64,000 nucleotides of DNA from an uncultured delta proteobacterium (GCA_903911145.1 CAIWCD010000001.1:62001-126000); one strand, 5' to 3'; positions 22,247 to 34,353 are shown, numbered from the stretch's first letter. The notes: generated from the letters alone by a model not told the origin. A program made the numbers and translations.

Positions 22247-22921
22247 CTAGCCACCGAAGAGCCGCGACAGCTCCTCGTGCTCGGCCGCGCTGCAATAGCT
22301 CGTCTGCTTGCCTCCCGCCGCGAGCTCGATCTGCAGCTCGATGCGACCGTTCGGCTGCGGAATCGCCGCGTGATTCTTCGAGAGCTTGAGCAGGCCGAGC
22401 AGCTGCGCCACGCGTGGCGTTGACGGACGACCCGCGGGTCGACTGCGATAGCCCATGCGAAGCATGCGGACCGCGCTGCGGGCGAGCGAGGGAAGCACGG
22501 CAAACTCCTCGAGCACGCGCTGCGTCTGATCGTCGAGCTCGCCGCCGCCCCATGTCTCAGATGGATCATCGAAGTCGAGTTCGCGCCCTTCGGCGTCGCG
22601 CAGCTCGCCGTCGGGAGTGGCAAGGAACGCGGCGGCGCGAAAGCGGCTCTGCTTGCCGCCGTTGGTGCCGATGACTTCGAAGAGCTCGACCTTCACCGAA
22701 GCGCGCTTCGCCACAGCCCGCGCGGCCCGGCGCGCGAGCGCGGTCTTCTCGAGACGCAGCACGCAGCCGGCCTCGCCGCGATCGAAGACGGTGATCTGCC
22801 CGTCGCTGGCGTTGTCGTCGTGCACGAGCCCGAGCGCCTCAAGCGCCCCCGGCAGGATCTCCACCAGACGCTTCCAATCGAGCTGCGAAGAGCGAAGAAC
22901 GGCGATCTCGGTTCGTTGCAT
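22247..22921 (-). CDS. Hypothetical protein
   Basis: Fills the gap between flanking genes with protein-like composition, from ATG 22921. Confidence 0.6.
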   Translation of the reverse strand: MQRTEIAVLRSSQLDWKRLVEILPGALEALGLVHDDNASDGQITVFDRGEAGCVLRLEKTALARRAARAVAKRASVKVELFEVIGTNGGKQSRFRAAAFLATPDGELRDAEGRELDFDDPSETWGGGELDDQTQRVLEEFAVLPSLARSAVRMLRMGYRSRPAGRPSTPRVAQLLGLLKLSKNHAAIPQPNGRIELQIELAAGGKQTSYCSAAEHEELSRLFGG

Positions 22922-23025
22922 GGCGCGCACCCTATCAGGGCAACGGCGCGCGGCCGCAATCATCGCGCATCGCGCGCGAACCGCCGCTTGACAGTCACGC
23001 CCTCCGCTCGCAACTTGCGCCCCTC

Positions 23026-24606
<1,581 letters not shown>

Positions 24607-24619
24607 CGAAATGATCGAT

Positions 24620-24650
24620 TCGGTAATTTTCGATTACCGATTTTTGTTTG
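24620..24650 (+). terminator. Terminator after ftsY
   Basis: TCGGTAAT-TTTCG-ATTACCGA followed by TTTTTGTTT. Confidence 0.6.
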
Positions 24651-24718
24651 AATGTCCGCCCGCCGTCCCGTGTTGCTGATGGCAACCCGCTCCCCGGCTC
24701 CCGTGTCGAGACGTCCAG

Positions 24719-26128
24719 ATGGCTGATCCGACTTCCCCTCCCCGCGCCACGCTGCTGCTCGTCGACGACGAGCCGGCCAACCTCGATTCTCTCGAGCGCA
24801 TCTTCTCGCGCGAAGGCCACCGCGTGCTGCTCGCCGCGAGTGCGCAGGCGGCCATCGAGCAGCTGCGCAAAGAGCCGGTCGACGTCGTGCTGACGGATCT
24901 GATGATGCCGGGGATGAGCGGACAGGAACTCCTGCGCGCGGTACGGGCGGTCGCGCCGGAGACGGAAGTCGTGCTGATGACCGCGTACGGCACGGTCGAG
25001 GCGGCCGTCGCGGCGATGAAAGACGGCGCGTACGATTTTCTCACCAAGCCGCTCAAGCGACACGCGGTGATGAAGAGCGTCGCGCAGGCGTTCGAGAAGC
25101 GGCGGCTGCTGCAGGAAAACCGGCAGCTCAAGGCGCGCCTCGCTGGGCTTCCCACGCCCGTGTCGATCGTCGGCCAGTCGCAGGCGCTGCGCGCAACGCT
25201 CGACGTGATCCGGCAGGCGGCGGCTTCGTCGGCGACGGTGCTCCTGCTCGGCGAGAGCGGCACCGGCAAGGAGCTCTTCGCGCGCGCGCTGCACGACAAC
25301 TCTCCGCGCGCGCACGGCCCGTTCGTCGCGATCAACTGCGCCGCGATCCCCGAGTCGATCCTCGAGTCGGAGCTGTTCGGCTACGAGCGCGGAGCCTTTA
25401 CCGGCGCGGTCCAGCGCAAAGAGGGACGCTTCGAGCGGGCAAGCGGCGGCACGCTCCTGCTTGATGAAGTTGGAGAGCTGCCCGCGTCGGTGCAGGCGAA
25501 GCTATTGCGCGTTCTGCAGGAGGGAGAGATCGAGCGGCTCGGAGGGACGCAGGTGGTGCGCGTCGACTGCCGCGTGGTCGCCGCCACCAATCGCGATCTC
25601 GCAACGCTCGTGCGTGACGGGCGCTTCCGCGAGGATCTCTACTATCGGCTCAACGTGATCCAGGTGACGCTGCCGCCGCTGCGCGATCGTCCCGAGGACA
25701 TTCCCGTGCTCGCCAATCACTTCCTCGCGCGGGCTGCGACGAAGAATCAGAAGACGCTGCGGGGTGCGACGGCGGCGGCGATGAGCGCGCTCGAGGCCTA
25801 CGCGTGGCCGGGAAATGTGCGCGAGTTGGAGAATGCGATCGAGCGCGCAGTTGTGCTCTCGCGCGATCCCGAGATCGACATCGACGATCTGCCCGAGTCG
25901 GTGAGGGCGGCCGCATCGCGCGCGGGTGCCCAGGGACAGCTCGCCGCGCTCGGTCTCGAGGGACGGATGCTGACGATTCCGCTCGGCACCACGATGGACG
26001 ATCTCGAACTGCGCGTGATCCGTGAGACGCTGCGGCACACCAAGGGAGACAAGAATCTCGCAGCGACGCTCCTGGGGATAGCGGCCCGCACCATCTATCG
26101 CAAGCTCGAGAAAGAGGGAGAGAAGTGA
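24719..26128 (+). CDS. Sigma54-dependent response regulator (NtrC family enhancer-binding protein)
   Basis: Receiver domain (LLVDDE, TDLMMPG), GESGTGKE, GAFTGA, WPGNVRELEN and a Fis-type HTH. Confidence 0.95.
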   Translation: MADPTSPPRATLLLVDDEPANLDSLERIFSREGHRVLLAASAQAAIEQLRKEPVDVVLTDLMMPGMSGQELLRAVRAVAPETEVVLMTAYGTVEAAVAAMKDGAYDFLTKPLKRHAVMKSVAQAFEKRRLLQENRQLKARLAGLPTPVSIVGQSQALRATLDVIRQAAASSATVLLLGESGTGKELFARALHDNSPRAHGPFVAINCAAIPESILESELFGYERGAFTGAVQRKEGRFERASGGTLLLDEVGELPASVQAKLLRVLQEGEIERLGGTQVVRVDCRVVAATNRDLATLVRDGRFREDLYYRLNVIQVTLPPLRDRPEDIPVLANHFLARAATKNQKTLRGATAAAMSALEAYAWPGNVRELENAIERAVVLSRDPEIDIDDLPESVRAAASRAGAQGQLAALGLEGRMLTIPLGTTMDDLELRVIRETLRHTKGDKNLAATLLGIAARTIYRKLEKEGEK

Positions 26129-26607
26129 AGCGCTGGCTGTTCGTCGCGATCGCGCCGGTCGTGTTTCTCACTGCAGCGCTCTGGGTGGTCAGCAAGGCCG
26201 GAGCGGGCGCGCTGCCGGTCGAGAGCTACGCGAGCCGCGCCGAGGCCGAAGCGCACGGTGCATTCTCCAGTGTGCCAAAGGGCTGGATGCCGGCCTTCAT
26301 CCCCGAGGGCGCGACCGCGCTGCATGCGGTGCACAACGCCTCGACGCGCCAGACCTGGGGCGCGTTCGAGACGCCGCATGCGGGCTGGCTTCCCGCGCTG
26401 GCCTCGAAGAGTCCGCCGGGAGACATGATGCTCGCAGGCGCGCCGGTGGCGCTCGACTGGTGGCCGGAGGTGATGAGAGGGAGCGTCTCTTCGAGCGACC
26501 TGGTGGCGAAGGGCTATCGCTTCGCGTTTCTCGACAACGAGCGCAGTCCGGTGATCGTCGCGGTGCATGGAACGCAGGTCTACTGGTGGCGGCTCGCGCG
26601 GCAGTGA
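26125..26607 (+). CDS. Hypothetical exported protein
   Basis: GTGA overlap with the upstream gene and an N-terminal hydrophobic segment. Confidence 0.65.
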   Translation: MKRWLFVAIAPVVFLTAALWVVSKAGAGALPVESYASRAEAEAHGAFSSVPKGWMPAFIPEGATALHAVHNASTRQTWGAFETPHAGWLPALASKSPPGDMMLAGAPVALDWWPEVMRGSVSSSDLVAKGYRFAFLDNERSPVIVAVHGTQVYWWRLARQ

Positions 26608-26674
26608 CGTGCTTGCGGCGCACGTTTCCGACGTTTCCGGAAAAGACACAGTGGCAAAGGAGCCGCGCGCGATT

Positions 26675-26799
26675 TGACAATTTGTCAGCGCGGGTGCAGG
26701 GCGCGCGAAGAGTCTCCTCGACGAACAGCGCGCTCCCCCTCTCCCGCTCTCGATTCAGGCCGATCCGGACGCCGACGCGCCGCTGGCACAAGCGTTGCT
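26675..26799 (+). promoter_or_regulatory. Sigma54 promoter of the T2SS operon with candidate upstream activator site
   Basis: TGGCACAAGCGTTGCT (26784-26799) is near consensus. Palindrome TGACAATTTGTCA (26675-26687) lies ~100 bp upstream. Confidence 0.75.
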
Positions 26800-26812
26800 C
26801 TTCCCTCTGCAT

Positions 26813-27730
26813 ATGGAGCTCGTCCTTCAGCGCTGGTCCTGGGTCGCAACCGCAGTCGCCGCGGTCCTGTCCGCGTTTTTCGTCGCGCGCACGGTGAACA
26901 CGCTGGCCGGCTCCGCGATCGCGCCCAGGCCAGGGCTCTCGACGGGCGCAGGCGATCGGCCGCGCGGCAACACCGCTCCGCACACAGACTTCGACGCTGA
27001 CCGCTTCGCCAAGGCATTCGACCTCCCGGTCCCCAAGCCGCCAGTCGAGATCGCCTCGGCTGCTGCCGCCGCTGCTCAAGCCGAGGCCGCCGCGGCCGCG
27101 CGTCCGGGCTGGAATGACGAGCCGGTCCGCTCTCCCCTGCACGGCCTGCTCGCGGGCACCGCCATCGCCTCGCCCGAGCGCTGGTCGCTCTGCCAGCTCA
27201 CCGACACCGACGCGAATCTCACCATGGTCTACGCGCTCGGCGACACCTTCCTCTCCGCGCGCATCTACAAGATCGAGAAGGCCCGCGTGCTGATCAACAA
27301 CGAGGGGAAGAACGAGTTCATCGACGCCAATCCGCCGGGTGGACCGAATACGCCGGCGATGCCTGTTCCCGTCGCAGCTGGAGGCGGCGATGGCGTGAAG
27401 CAGACGGGCGACAACCACTACACGGTCTCGAAGAAGGAGATCGACAATGCGCTCGCGAACCTCTCCGACCTCGCGACCAAGGCGCGCATCGTGCCGTCGT
27501 TCAAGAACGGCGCGCCCAACGGCTTCAAGCTCTTCTCGATCGTTCCCGACTCGCTCTACTCGAAGATCGGGGTCCAGAACGGCGACGTGATCCACAAGAT
27601 CAACGGCTACGAGATGAACAGCCCCGACAAGGCGCTGGAGATCTACCAGAAGCTTCGCGACGCGACCCGCATCGACATCGAACTCGAGCGGCGCGGCGAC
27701 ATCATCAACAAGCAGTACACGATCGAATAG
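26813..27730 (+). CDS. gspC: Type II secretion system protein C
   Basis: N-terminal TM, HR domain and C-terminal PDZ (GFKLFSI...GVQNGDVIHKING). First gene of the gsp cluster. Confidence 0.9.
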   Translation: MELVLQRWSWVATAVAAVLSAFFVARTVNTLAGSAIAPRPGLSTGAGDRPRGNTAPHTDFDADRFAKAFDLPVPKPPVEIASAAAAAAQAEAAAAARPGWNDEPVRSPLHGLLAGTAIASPERWSLCQLTDTDANLTMVYALGDTFLSARIYKIEKARVLINNEGKNEFIDANPPGGPNTPAMPVPVAAGGGDGVKQTGDNHYTVSKKEIDNALANLSDLATKARIVPSFKNGAPNGFKLFSIVPDSLYSKIGVQNGDVIHKINGYEMNSPDKALEIYQKLRDATRIDIELERRGDIINKQYTIE

Positions 27731-27763
27731 CTGCACCTCACGGCGCCAGGAGACAGCTCCTTC

Positions 27764-30703
27764 ATGCACGCATCACTTCGTTCCATCGGTCCGCGGACGG
27801 TCTCGCTCGCGCTGCTCGCTTCGGGCGCGCTCGCCGCGGCGCTCTGCTTCTCGACGGCCGCGCGCGCGCAGGACGACGAGCTCCAGCCGCCCATCGGGAC
27901 CGGGACAGACGCGCCGATCGCACCCGCGCCTGGCGCGCTCCCGCTGCTCCCCGGCCAACGACCGAACCGCAAGGGTCCGGGCATCCATCCGATGCCGCAC
28001 CAGCCAACCTTTCCGCACCCGGGAAATCCGAACCTCAAGGGTCCGCCGGCGCAGCCAGCGCAGGTCGTTCCTCCGCCGCCGGTCGCCAAGCGCGCGTCGA
28101 TCGCGCCTGAGGCCGCAACGGGTACAGGCACGCGCGTGGTGACGCCTCAGAAGCAGCCGCCCCCGGACAAGATCGTCAAGGCGACGAAGGGGAAGGAAGG
28201 TCCGCCCGATTTCGAGAGCGGAGACAAGAAGGAGGCAGGCAAGAACGCCAAGCTCTGGTCGCTCACCTACGACAAGCGCGAGCTCGCGGAGGTCATCCAG
28301 TACGTCGCCGACATCACGCAGCGCAACTTCATCCTCCCCGAGCGCGTGAGCGGGAAGATCACCATTCTCACCAACACGCCAGTGCCGGCCGATGAGGTGT
28401 GGAACGTCTTCCTCGCCGCGCTCGATGCGAACAACTGGGCGGTCTATCCGGTCGGGCACTACTGGAAGCTCTCGGAGAAGAAGCAGTCGTCGCACGCGAA
28501 CATCCCGACGCTGCTTGCGCCGGGAGACGAGCCGATGCCGAACGAGCAGATGGTGACCAAGCTCTTCAAGCTCCACTACGTCGAAGCAGAGCAGATGAAG
28601 AACACCATCAGCCAGTTCACCACGCGCGACTCCGACATCGTCATCTTCCCGCCGGACACGCTGATCATCAGCGACCTCGGACTGAACATGCTGCGCCTCG
28701 AGCGCTTGCTCGCGACGCTCGATCAGCCGGGCGGCAGCGAAGAGGTGCACATCGTGCAGGCCAAGTACGGAGGCGCGGCTGAGCTGGCGCAGAAGCTGAC
28801 CGAGGTGTTCGCGGCGCAGCAGCAGAAGACGCCGGGCGGGCAGCGGCAGCTGGGCGTGGCCGAGCCGCAGATGCCGGGCATGCCGCCGAATCCGGCGAAT
28901 ACGAACAACCCGGCGGGCACGGCCAACAACGCGCAGGGCCCCGTGCAGGTGAGCAAAGTGATCGCGGAGGAGCGCACCAACAAGCTCATCATCATTGCCA
29001 GCGCCAAGTCGTTCCAGCGCGTGCTCGATCTGCTCCAGCAGCTCGATGTGCCGGGCGGCGAGAGCGGCGTGCACGTCTTCTATCTGGAGAACGCGAAGGC
29101 CGAGGATCTGGCGGCGACGATGCAGGCGCTCGCCCAGGGCGTGAGCGCGAAGAAAAAGACGGGCGCGGGAGGAGCGCCTGGTGCGCCGAATCCAGCTGGT
29201 GGCCAGCCGGGCAGCGCTGATCTCTTCACGGGCGACGTGAAGATCACGGCCGATAAGAACACCAACGCGCTCGTTATCACCGCGTCGAACTCCGACTACC
29301 GCAATGTCGTCAAGGTCATCCAGCAACTCGATATCCGGCGCCGCCAGGTCTTCGTCGAAGCGGTGATCATGGAGATCAGCCTGCAGGACGATCTCAACGT
29401 CGGCGCGTCGCTGCACGGTGGGAAGCTCGTGAGCGACAACGGCAATCAACTTCCGCTCGTGTTCGGTAGCGAGCTCGGCAGCCTCAATTCACTCGGCGGC
29501 GTGACCTCGCTTGCTTCGCTCAACGGATTTCTCGCCGGCCTTCAAGGTCCGCCGCTGACCATCCCCGGCCTCAACCTCAACATCCCCAGCTTCGGCGTGC
29601 TGCTCAATGCGCTGCAGAGCTCGAGCGACGTCAACGTCGTCTCGACGCCGACGATCATCATGACCGACAACAGCGAGGGGGAGATCACAGTCGGACAGAA
29701 CGTGCCGTTCCAGGCCGGCTACTCGCCCGGCGGCGGCTTGAGCAGCCTTGCGAGCGCGGCGGCCGGCTCGACGACCAGCGGCGCGACCGGCAGCATCCTC
29801 GGCAGCTCGCTCGGCCTCGGCGGACTCGGCTCGCTCTACGCGCCCATCCAGCGCCAGAACGTCGAGCTGAATCTGAAGATCAAGCCGCAGATCAACGACG
29901 GCGATTACGTGCGGCTCGAGGTCGACGAGAAGACGGAAGAGATCGCCTCGACCGATCCGACACTGGGGCCGACCACCAGCAAGCGCTCGGCGAAGACCAC
30001 GGTCGTCGCGATGGATCAGGAGACGGTGATCATCGGCGGTCTGATCCAGGAGCGGACAATCAAGGGCGTGAGCAAGACGCCGATCCTCGGCTCGATCCCC
30101 GTGCTCGGCTGGCTCTTCCGCAACGAGACGACGAAGAAGACGAAGACGAATCTCCTGCTCTTCCTCACGCCGTACATCATCCGCGACCAGAGCGACTACC
30201 GGCGCATCTTCGAGCGCAAGATGGCGGAGCGCGCGGAGTTCGTGAAGCGGTTCACCGGGCTCGACACCAAGTACGAAGCGGCGATCGATTACGGGCGCAA
30301 GCCGAGTCCGCTCGCGCGCGTGTCGCGCACGGTCGACCTCGAGCTCAACAAGGTCGAGAACGGCGGGCCCGGGATCTCGGGAGAGCGCGTGATCCAACCG
30401 GCGAGCACGAACGCAACGTTGCCGGGCAAGGATCCGGCGTCGACGACCGGCGCGCCGCTGAACGGGGCTGCCGCGGCTCCTGCGAGCAGCGTGGCCGCCC
30501 CCAGCGCGGGCAAGACGTCGCCTGCGGCTTCGGCGCCACGAACAGAGAGTGGGCCCGACGCAGCTTCTCCGGCCCAGTCCGGCGCGCCAGCACCCGCCGC
30601 GATCGTCCCCGCGGTGGAGCCCGGAAGCATTCCGCCCGACCAGGGGCTGGAGAATCCGGTCAAGCCGCTCGAGCCGCCGATGCCGCCCGAGATCCAGAAA
30701 TAA
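27764..30703 (+). CDS. gspD: Type II secretion system secretin GspD
   Basis: N0-N3 domains, RRQVFVEAVIME, PILGSIPVLGWLF and NLLLFLTPYII. Confidence 0.95.
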   Translation: MHASLRSIGPRTVSLALLASGALAAALCFSTAARAQDDELQPPIGTGTDAPIAPAPGALPLLPGQRPNRKGPGIHPMPHQPTFPHPGNPNLKGPPAQPAQVVPPPPVAKRASIAPEAATGTGTRVVTPQKQPPPDKIVKATKGKEGPPDFESGDKKEAGKNAKLWSLTYDKRELAEVIQYVADITQRNFILPERVSGKITILTNTPVPADEVWNVFLAALDANNWAVYPVGHYWKLSEKKQSSHANIPTLLAPGDEPMPNEQMVTKLFKLHYVEAEQMKNTISQFTTRDSDIVIFPPDTLIISDLGLNMLRLERLLATLDQPGGSEEVHIVQAKYGGAAELAQKLTEVFAAQQQKTPGGQRQLGVAEPQMPGMPPNPANTNNPAGTANNAQGPVQVSKVIAEERTNKLIIIASAKSFQRVLDLLQQLDVPGGESGVHVFYLENAKAEDLAATMQALAQGVSAKKKTGAGGAPGAPNPAGGQPGSADLFTGDVKITADKNTNALVITASNSDYRNVVKVIQQLDIRRRQVFVEAVIMEISLQDDLNVGASLHGGKLVSDNGNQLPLVFGSELGSLNSLGGVTSLASLNGFLAGLQGPPLTIPGLNLNIPSFGVLLNALQSSSDVNVVSTPTIIMTDNSEGEITVGQNVPFQAGYSPGGGLSSLASAAAGSTTSGATGSILGSSLGLGGLGSLYAPIQRQNVELNLKIKPQINDGDYVRLEVDEKTEEIASTDPTLGPTTSKRSAKTTVVAMDQETVIIGGLIQERTIKGVSKTPILGSIPVLGWLFRNETTKKTKTNLLLFLTPYIIRDQSDYRRIFERKMAERAEFVKRFTGLDTKYEAAIDYGRKPSPLARVSRTVDLELNKVENGGPGISGERVIQPASTNATLPGKDPASTTGAPLNGAAAAPASSVAAPSAGKTSPAASAPRTESGPDAASPAQSGAPAPAAIVPAVEPGSIPPDQGLENPVKPLEPPMPPEIQK

Positions 30704-30765
30704 CGAGCGTTCTAATTTTAGAACGCCCGTTCGAATCGCAGCAGTTGCAGCTCAGGAGACGTGAG

Positions 30766-32589
30766 ATGGAGATGCCGATGGACACCGAGCCTGCGATTGC
30801 GCCCGTGACCGTGGTGGCCGCAGCGCCGCGTCCCCGCGCACGCTCGCTCGCGGGTCGCCCGCTCGGCGAGATCCTTCTCGCGCACGCGGCGATCGCTCCC
30901 GCCAAGCTCGAAGAAGCGCTCAAGCTGCAGACGGAAAAGGGCGGCCGCATCGGCGAGCTGCTCATCCAGCTCAAGGCCTGTGGCGAAGAGCAGATCCTCA
31001 AGGCGCTCGCCGCGCAGCTCGAATTGCCCTACCAGGTGCGCATCGCCAACGACGAGATCTCGCCCGAGATGATCAAGCGGGTGCCGATCAATTTCGCCAA
31101 ACAGACGAAGCTGTTGCCGCTGCGCTACGAGCCCGCGGGCGAAGGCGGGATCCCCCTGCCCGACTCGATGGCGATTGTCGCGATGGCCGACCCGCTCGAT
31201 ATGAGCGGTCTCGATCACGCGCGCCTACTCACCGGCGCGCCTGTCTCGCCGCTGCTGGTTCCCTCGCAAGCGATCCTCGACTGCATCAACGCCGTCTACG
31301 ATCGCGCGAAGAACGAGGCAGAGCAGCTCGTCGACGATCTCGAAGAGGCCGATCTCGACACCGTCGCGCACGAACTCGAGGAGCCGCAGGACCTCCTCGA
31401 CTCGAGTGACGAAGCGCCGATCATCCGCCTCGTCAACTCGCTGCTCTTCCGCGCCGCCAAAGAGCGCGCGAGCGACATCCACATCGAACCGCAGGAGCGC
31501 GACATCTGCGTGCGCTTCCGCGTCGACGGCGTGCTGCAGGAAGTGATTCGCCCGCCCAAGCGATTCCAGAATTCGATCGTCTCGCGCGTGAAGATCATGG
31601 GCGGTCTGAACATCGCGGAGAAGCGGCTGCCGCAGGACGGCCGCATCCGCGTGAAGCTCGCCGGCCGCGACATCGACATCCGCCTCTCGACCACGCCCAC
31701 GGTGTACGGCGAGCGCATCGTGATGCGTCTGCTCGACAAGAGCAGCGTGCTCCTCGATCTCGCCGACATCGGACTCGATCCGAACCAGCTGAAGATCATC
31801 GATTCGCTCATCCACCGCTCGCACGGCATCGTGCTGGTCACGGGTCCCACCGGCTCCGGCAAGACGACGACGCTCTACGCGGCGCTCTCGAAGATCAACA
31901 CGATCGATCTCAACATCATGACCATCGAGGACCCGGTCGAGTACCAGCTCAAGGGGATCTCGCAGACGCCGGTGAATCCGAAGATTGAGCTGACGTTCGC
32001 GAATGGGCTGCGCAGCTTTCTGCGACAGGACCCCGACGTGATCATGGTCGGCGAAATCCGCGACGTCGAGACCGCCGAGATCGCGATCCAGGCCTCGCTC
32101 ACGGGCCACCTCGTCTTCTCCACGGTGCACACCAACGACGCGGCCGGCGCGATCACGCGACTCGTCGACATGGGCGTCGAGCCGTTCCTCGTCGCGAGCT
32201 CGCTGATGGGCTCGATGGCGCAGCGCCTCATCCGCATCCTCTGCAAGGAGTGCCGCGAGCCGTACATGCCGACGCCCGAAGAGCTCAAGGAGGTCGGACT
32301 GACGATGGAGATGGTGCGCGCAGAAACGGGCGGGATGCTCTACAAGCCGGTCGGCTGCGAGGCGTGCAACAAGACCGGCTACCGCGGCCGCAAGGGAATC
32401 TACGAGCTGATGGTGCTCGACGATGAGATTCGCCAGCTCACGCTGAAGAAGGCCGACAGCGGCAGCATCAAGCGGGCTGCGGTCGCCAAGGGCATGAGCA
32501 CGCTGCTCGAGGACGGCGCGCGCAAGATCCTGCGCGGCTGGACCAGCGTCGCGGAAGTGCTCTCCGTCATTCAAGAGGACGTCGCTTAA
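30766..32589 (+). CDS. gspE: Type II secretion ATPase GspE
   Basis: MshEN-like N-terminus (RPLGEILL), ASDIHIEP, GPTGSGKTTT, LRQDPDVIMVGEIRD and tetracysteine motif. Confidence 0.95.
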   Translation: MEMPMDTEPAIAPVTVVAAAPRPRARSLAGRPLGEILLAHAAIAPAKLEEALKLQTEKGGRIGELLIQLKACGEEQILKALAAQLELPYQVRIANDEISPEMIKRVPINFAKQTKLLPLRYEPAGEGGIPLPDSMAIVAMADPLDMSGLDHARLLTGAPVSPLLVPSQAILDCINAVYDRAKNEAEQLVDDLEEADLDTVAHELEEPQDLLDSSDEAPIIRLVNSLLFRAAKERASDIHIEPQERDICVRFRVDGVLQEVIRPPKRFQNSIVSRVKIMGGLNIAEKRLPQDGRIRVKLAGRDIDIRLSTTPTVYGERIVMRLLDKSSVLLDLADIGLDPNQLKIIDSLIHRSHGIVLVTGPTGSGKTTTLYAALSKINTIDLNIMTIEDPVEYQLKGISQTPVNPKIELTFANGLRSFLRQDPDVIMVGEIRDVETAEIAIQASLTGHLVFSTVHTNDAAGAITRLVDMGVEPFLVASSLMGSMAQRLIRILCKECREPYMPTPEELKEVGLTMEMVRAETGGMLYKPVGCEACNKTGYRGRKGIYELMVLDDEIRQLTLKKADSGSIKRAAVAKGMSTLLEDGARKILRGWTSVAEVLSVIQEDVA

Positions 32590-32604
32590 AGCGCGCGCGC
32601 CACC

Positions 32605-33858
32605 ATGCCGGTCTTCGAATACAGCGGGCTCACGGAAGCCGGGAAAAACGTCCGCGGACTCAAGGACGCCGAGAGCGCGAAGATGCTCCGGGCCTTGCTG
32701 CGCAAGGACGGCGTCTACCTCACTGAATCTCGCGCGGCCGAAGCTGGGTCGGAAGCAACGGGCGCGACGAGCGGCACCGGCCTCTCGCGCGAAGTCGATC
32801 TCAGCAAGATCTTCGGCGTGCGGATCTCGACGCAGGAGCTCGCGATCGCGACGCGCCAGCTCGCGACGCTGATCGGCGCGGGCATTCCGCTCGTCGAATC
32901 CCTCACCGCACTCGTCGAGCAGGTCGAGCACCGCCAGCTGAAGAGAATTCTCGGCGCGGTGAAGCAGAAAGTGAACGAAGGCGGCTCGCTCGCCGACGCG
33001 CTCGCTGAGCACCCGAAGGCCTTCAGCACGCTCTACATCAACATGATCCGCGCGGGCGAAAGCTCGGGCGCGCTCGACGTCGTGCTCACGCGCCTCGCCG
33101 ACTTCACCGAGAGCTCGGCCGCGCTGCGCAGCAAGATCATCGGCGCGCTCGTCTACCCGGCGATCATGGTGCTCGTCGGTCTCTGCATCGTGACGATCCT
33201 CTTTGCCGTCGTCATCCCGAAGGTCACCAAGATCTTCGACGACATGAACGTCACGCTGCCGTGGACGACGCGCTCGCTGATCGCGATCTCCGACTTCGTC
33301 CGCGACGACTGGTACGTCGTGCTCGTCGGCGTGCCGCTCATGCTCTACGGCATCAATCGCTTCCTTAATTCGAAGCGCGGCAGCGCCTGGTTTGATCGCA
33401 CGCAGTTGAAAATTCCGGTCGTCGGAGACCTCGTCCGCATGATCGCGATCGGCCGCTTCGCCAAGACGCTCGCGACGCTTCTCTCCTCGGGCGTGCCGCT
33501 GCTCACGGCCCTCGACATCGTCAAGAACATCGTGAAGAACCAGACGCTCTCGAAGGTGATCGAGGACGCGCGCGACGCCATCCGCGAGGGCGAGAGCATC
33601 GCCGCGCCGCTCAAGCGCTCGGGACAATTCCCGCCACTCGTCTTCCACATGATCGCCATCGGTGAGCGCTCGGGCCAGCTCGAGGAGATGCTCACCAACG
33701 TCGCCCGCGCCTACGACCAGCAGGTCGACGTGCGCATCGCGGCCTTCACCAGCCTGCTCGAGCCGCTGATGATCGTGCTGATGGGCGGCGGCGTCGCGTT
33801 CATCGTCTTCTCGATCCTCATGCCGATCATGCAGCTCAACACGTTTGTTCCTCAGTAA
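32605..33858 (+). CDS. gspF: Type II secretion inner membrane protein GspF
   Basis: TRQLATLIGAGIPL, AGESSGALD, GERSGQLEEML and LLEP. Confidence 0.95.
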   Translation: MPVFEYSGLTEAGKNVRGLKDAESAKMLRALLRKDGVYLTESRAAEAGSEATGATSGTGLSREVDLSKIFGVRISTQELAIATRQLATLIGAGIPLVESLTALVEQVEHRQLKRILGAVKQKVNEGGSLADALAEHPKAFSTLYINMIRAGESSGALDVVLTRLADFTESSAALRSKIIGALVYPAIMVLVGLCIVTILFAVVIPKVTKIFDDMNVTLPWTTRSLIAISDFVRDDWYVVLVGVPLMLYGINRFLNSKRGSAWFDRTQLKIPVVGDLVRMIAIGRFAKTLATLLSSGVPLLTALDIVKNIVKNQTLSKVIEDARDAIREGESIAAPLKRSGQFPPLVFHMIAIGERSGQLEEMLTNVARAYDQQVDVRIAAFTSLLEPLMIVLMGGGVAFIVFSILMPIMQLNTFVPQ

Positions 33859-33873
33859 CGAAAGGCAGTCGCC

Positions 33874-34293
33874 ATGAACACCATCGACACCGCAGTGAAT
33901 GAGCTGAAGAAGAAGCGCGCGGCCGCGCGGGGCATGACGCTCATCGAGATCATGGTCGTGCTCGTGATCCTCGGCCTCATCGCCAGCGCGATTGGCTACA
34001 ACGTCTTCAACCAGCTCGGCGAGGCGCAGAAGAAGACGGCGACGCTCGACCTGACGGCCATCTCCAACGGCGTCGACCTCTTCCATGTCGAGACCGGCCA
34101 GTGGCCCGACTCGCTGACGCAGCTGGTGCCGAAGTTCGTCAAGGAGGTCCACAAGGATCCGTGGGGCTCCGATTACGTCTACGTCCGCAACGGCGACGGC
34201 TACGAGATTTACTCGTACGGCAAGGACAAGGCGCAGGGCGGCGGCGACGACATCACGGTGCACGGCGGAGAAAGCGCGGCCGGCCAGCACTAG
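33874..34293 (+). CDS. gspG: Major pseudopilin GspG
   Basis: RG|MTLIEIMVV, DPWG, YSYGKD..GGGDDI. Confidence 0.9.
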   Translation: MNTIDTAVNELKKKRAAARGMTLIEIMVVLVILGLIASAIGYNVFNQLGEAQKKTATLDLTAISNGVDLFHVETGQWPDSLTQLVPKFVKEVHKDPWGSDYVYVRNGDGYEIYSYGKDKAQGGGDDITVHGGESAAGQH

Positions 34294-34353
34294 TTCCCGC
34301 TCTACACGCGCACACCCTGCTCTTGAATCCACCTCGAACCGAACGGAGGGCCC

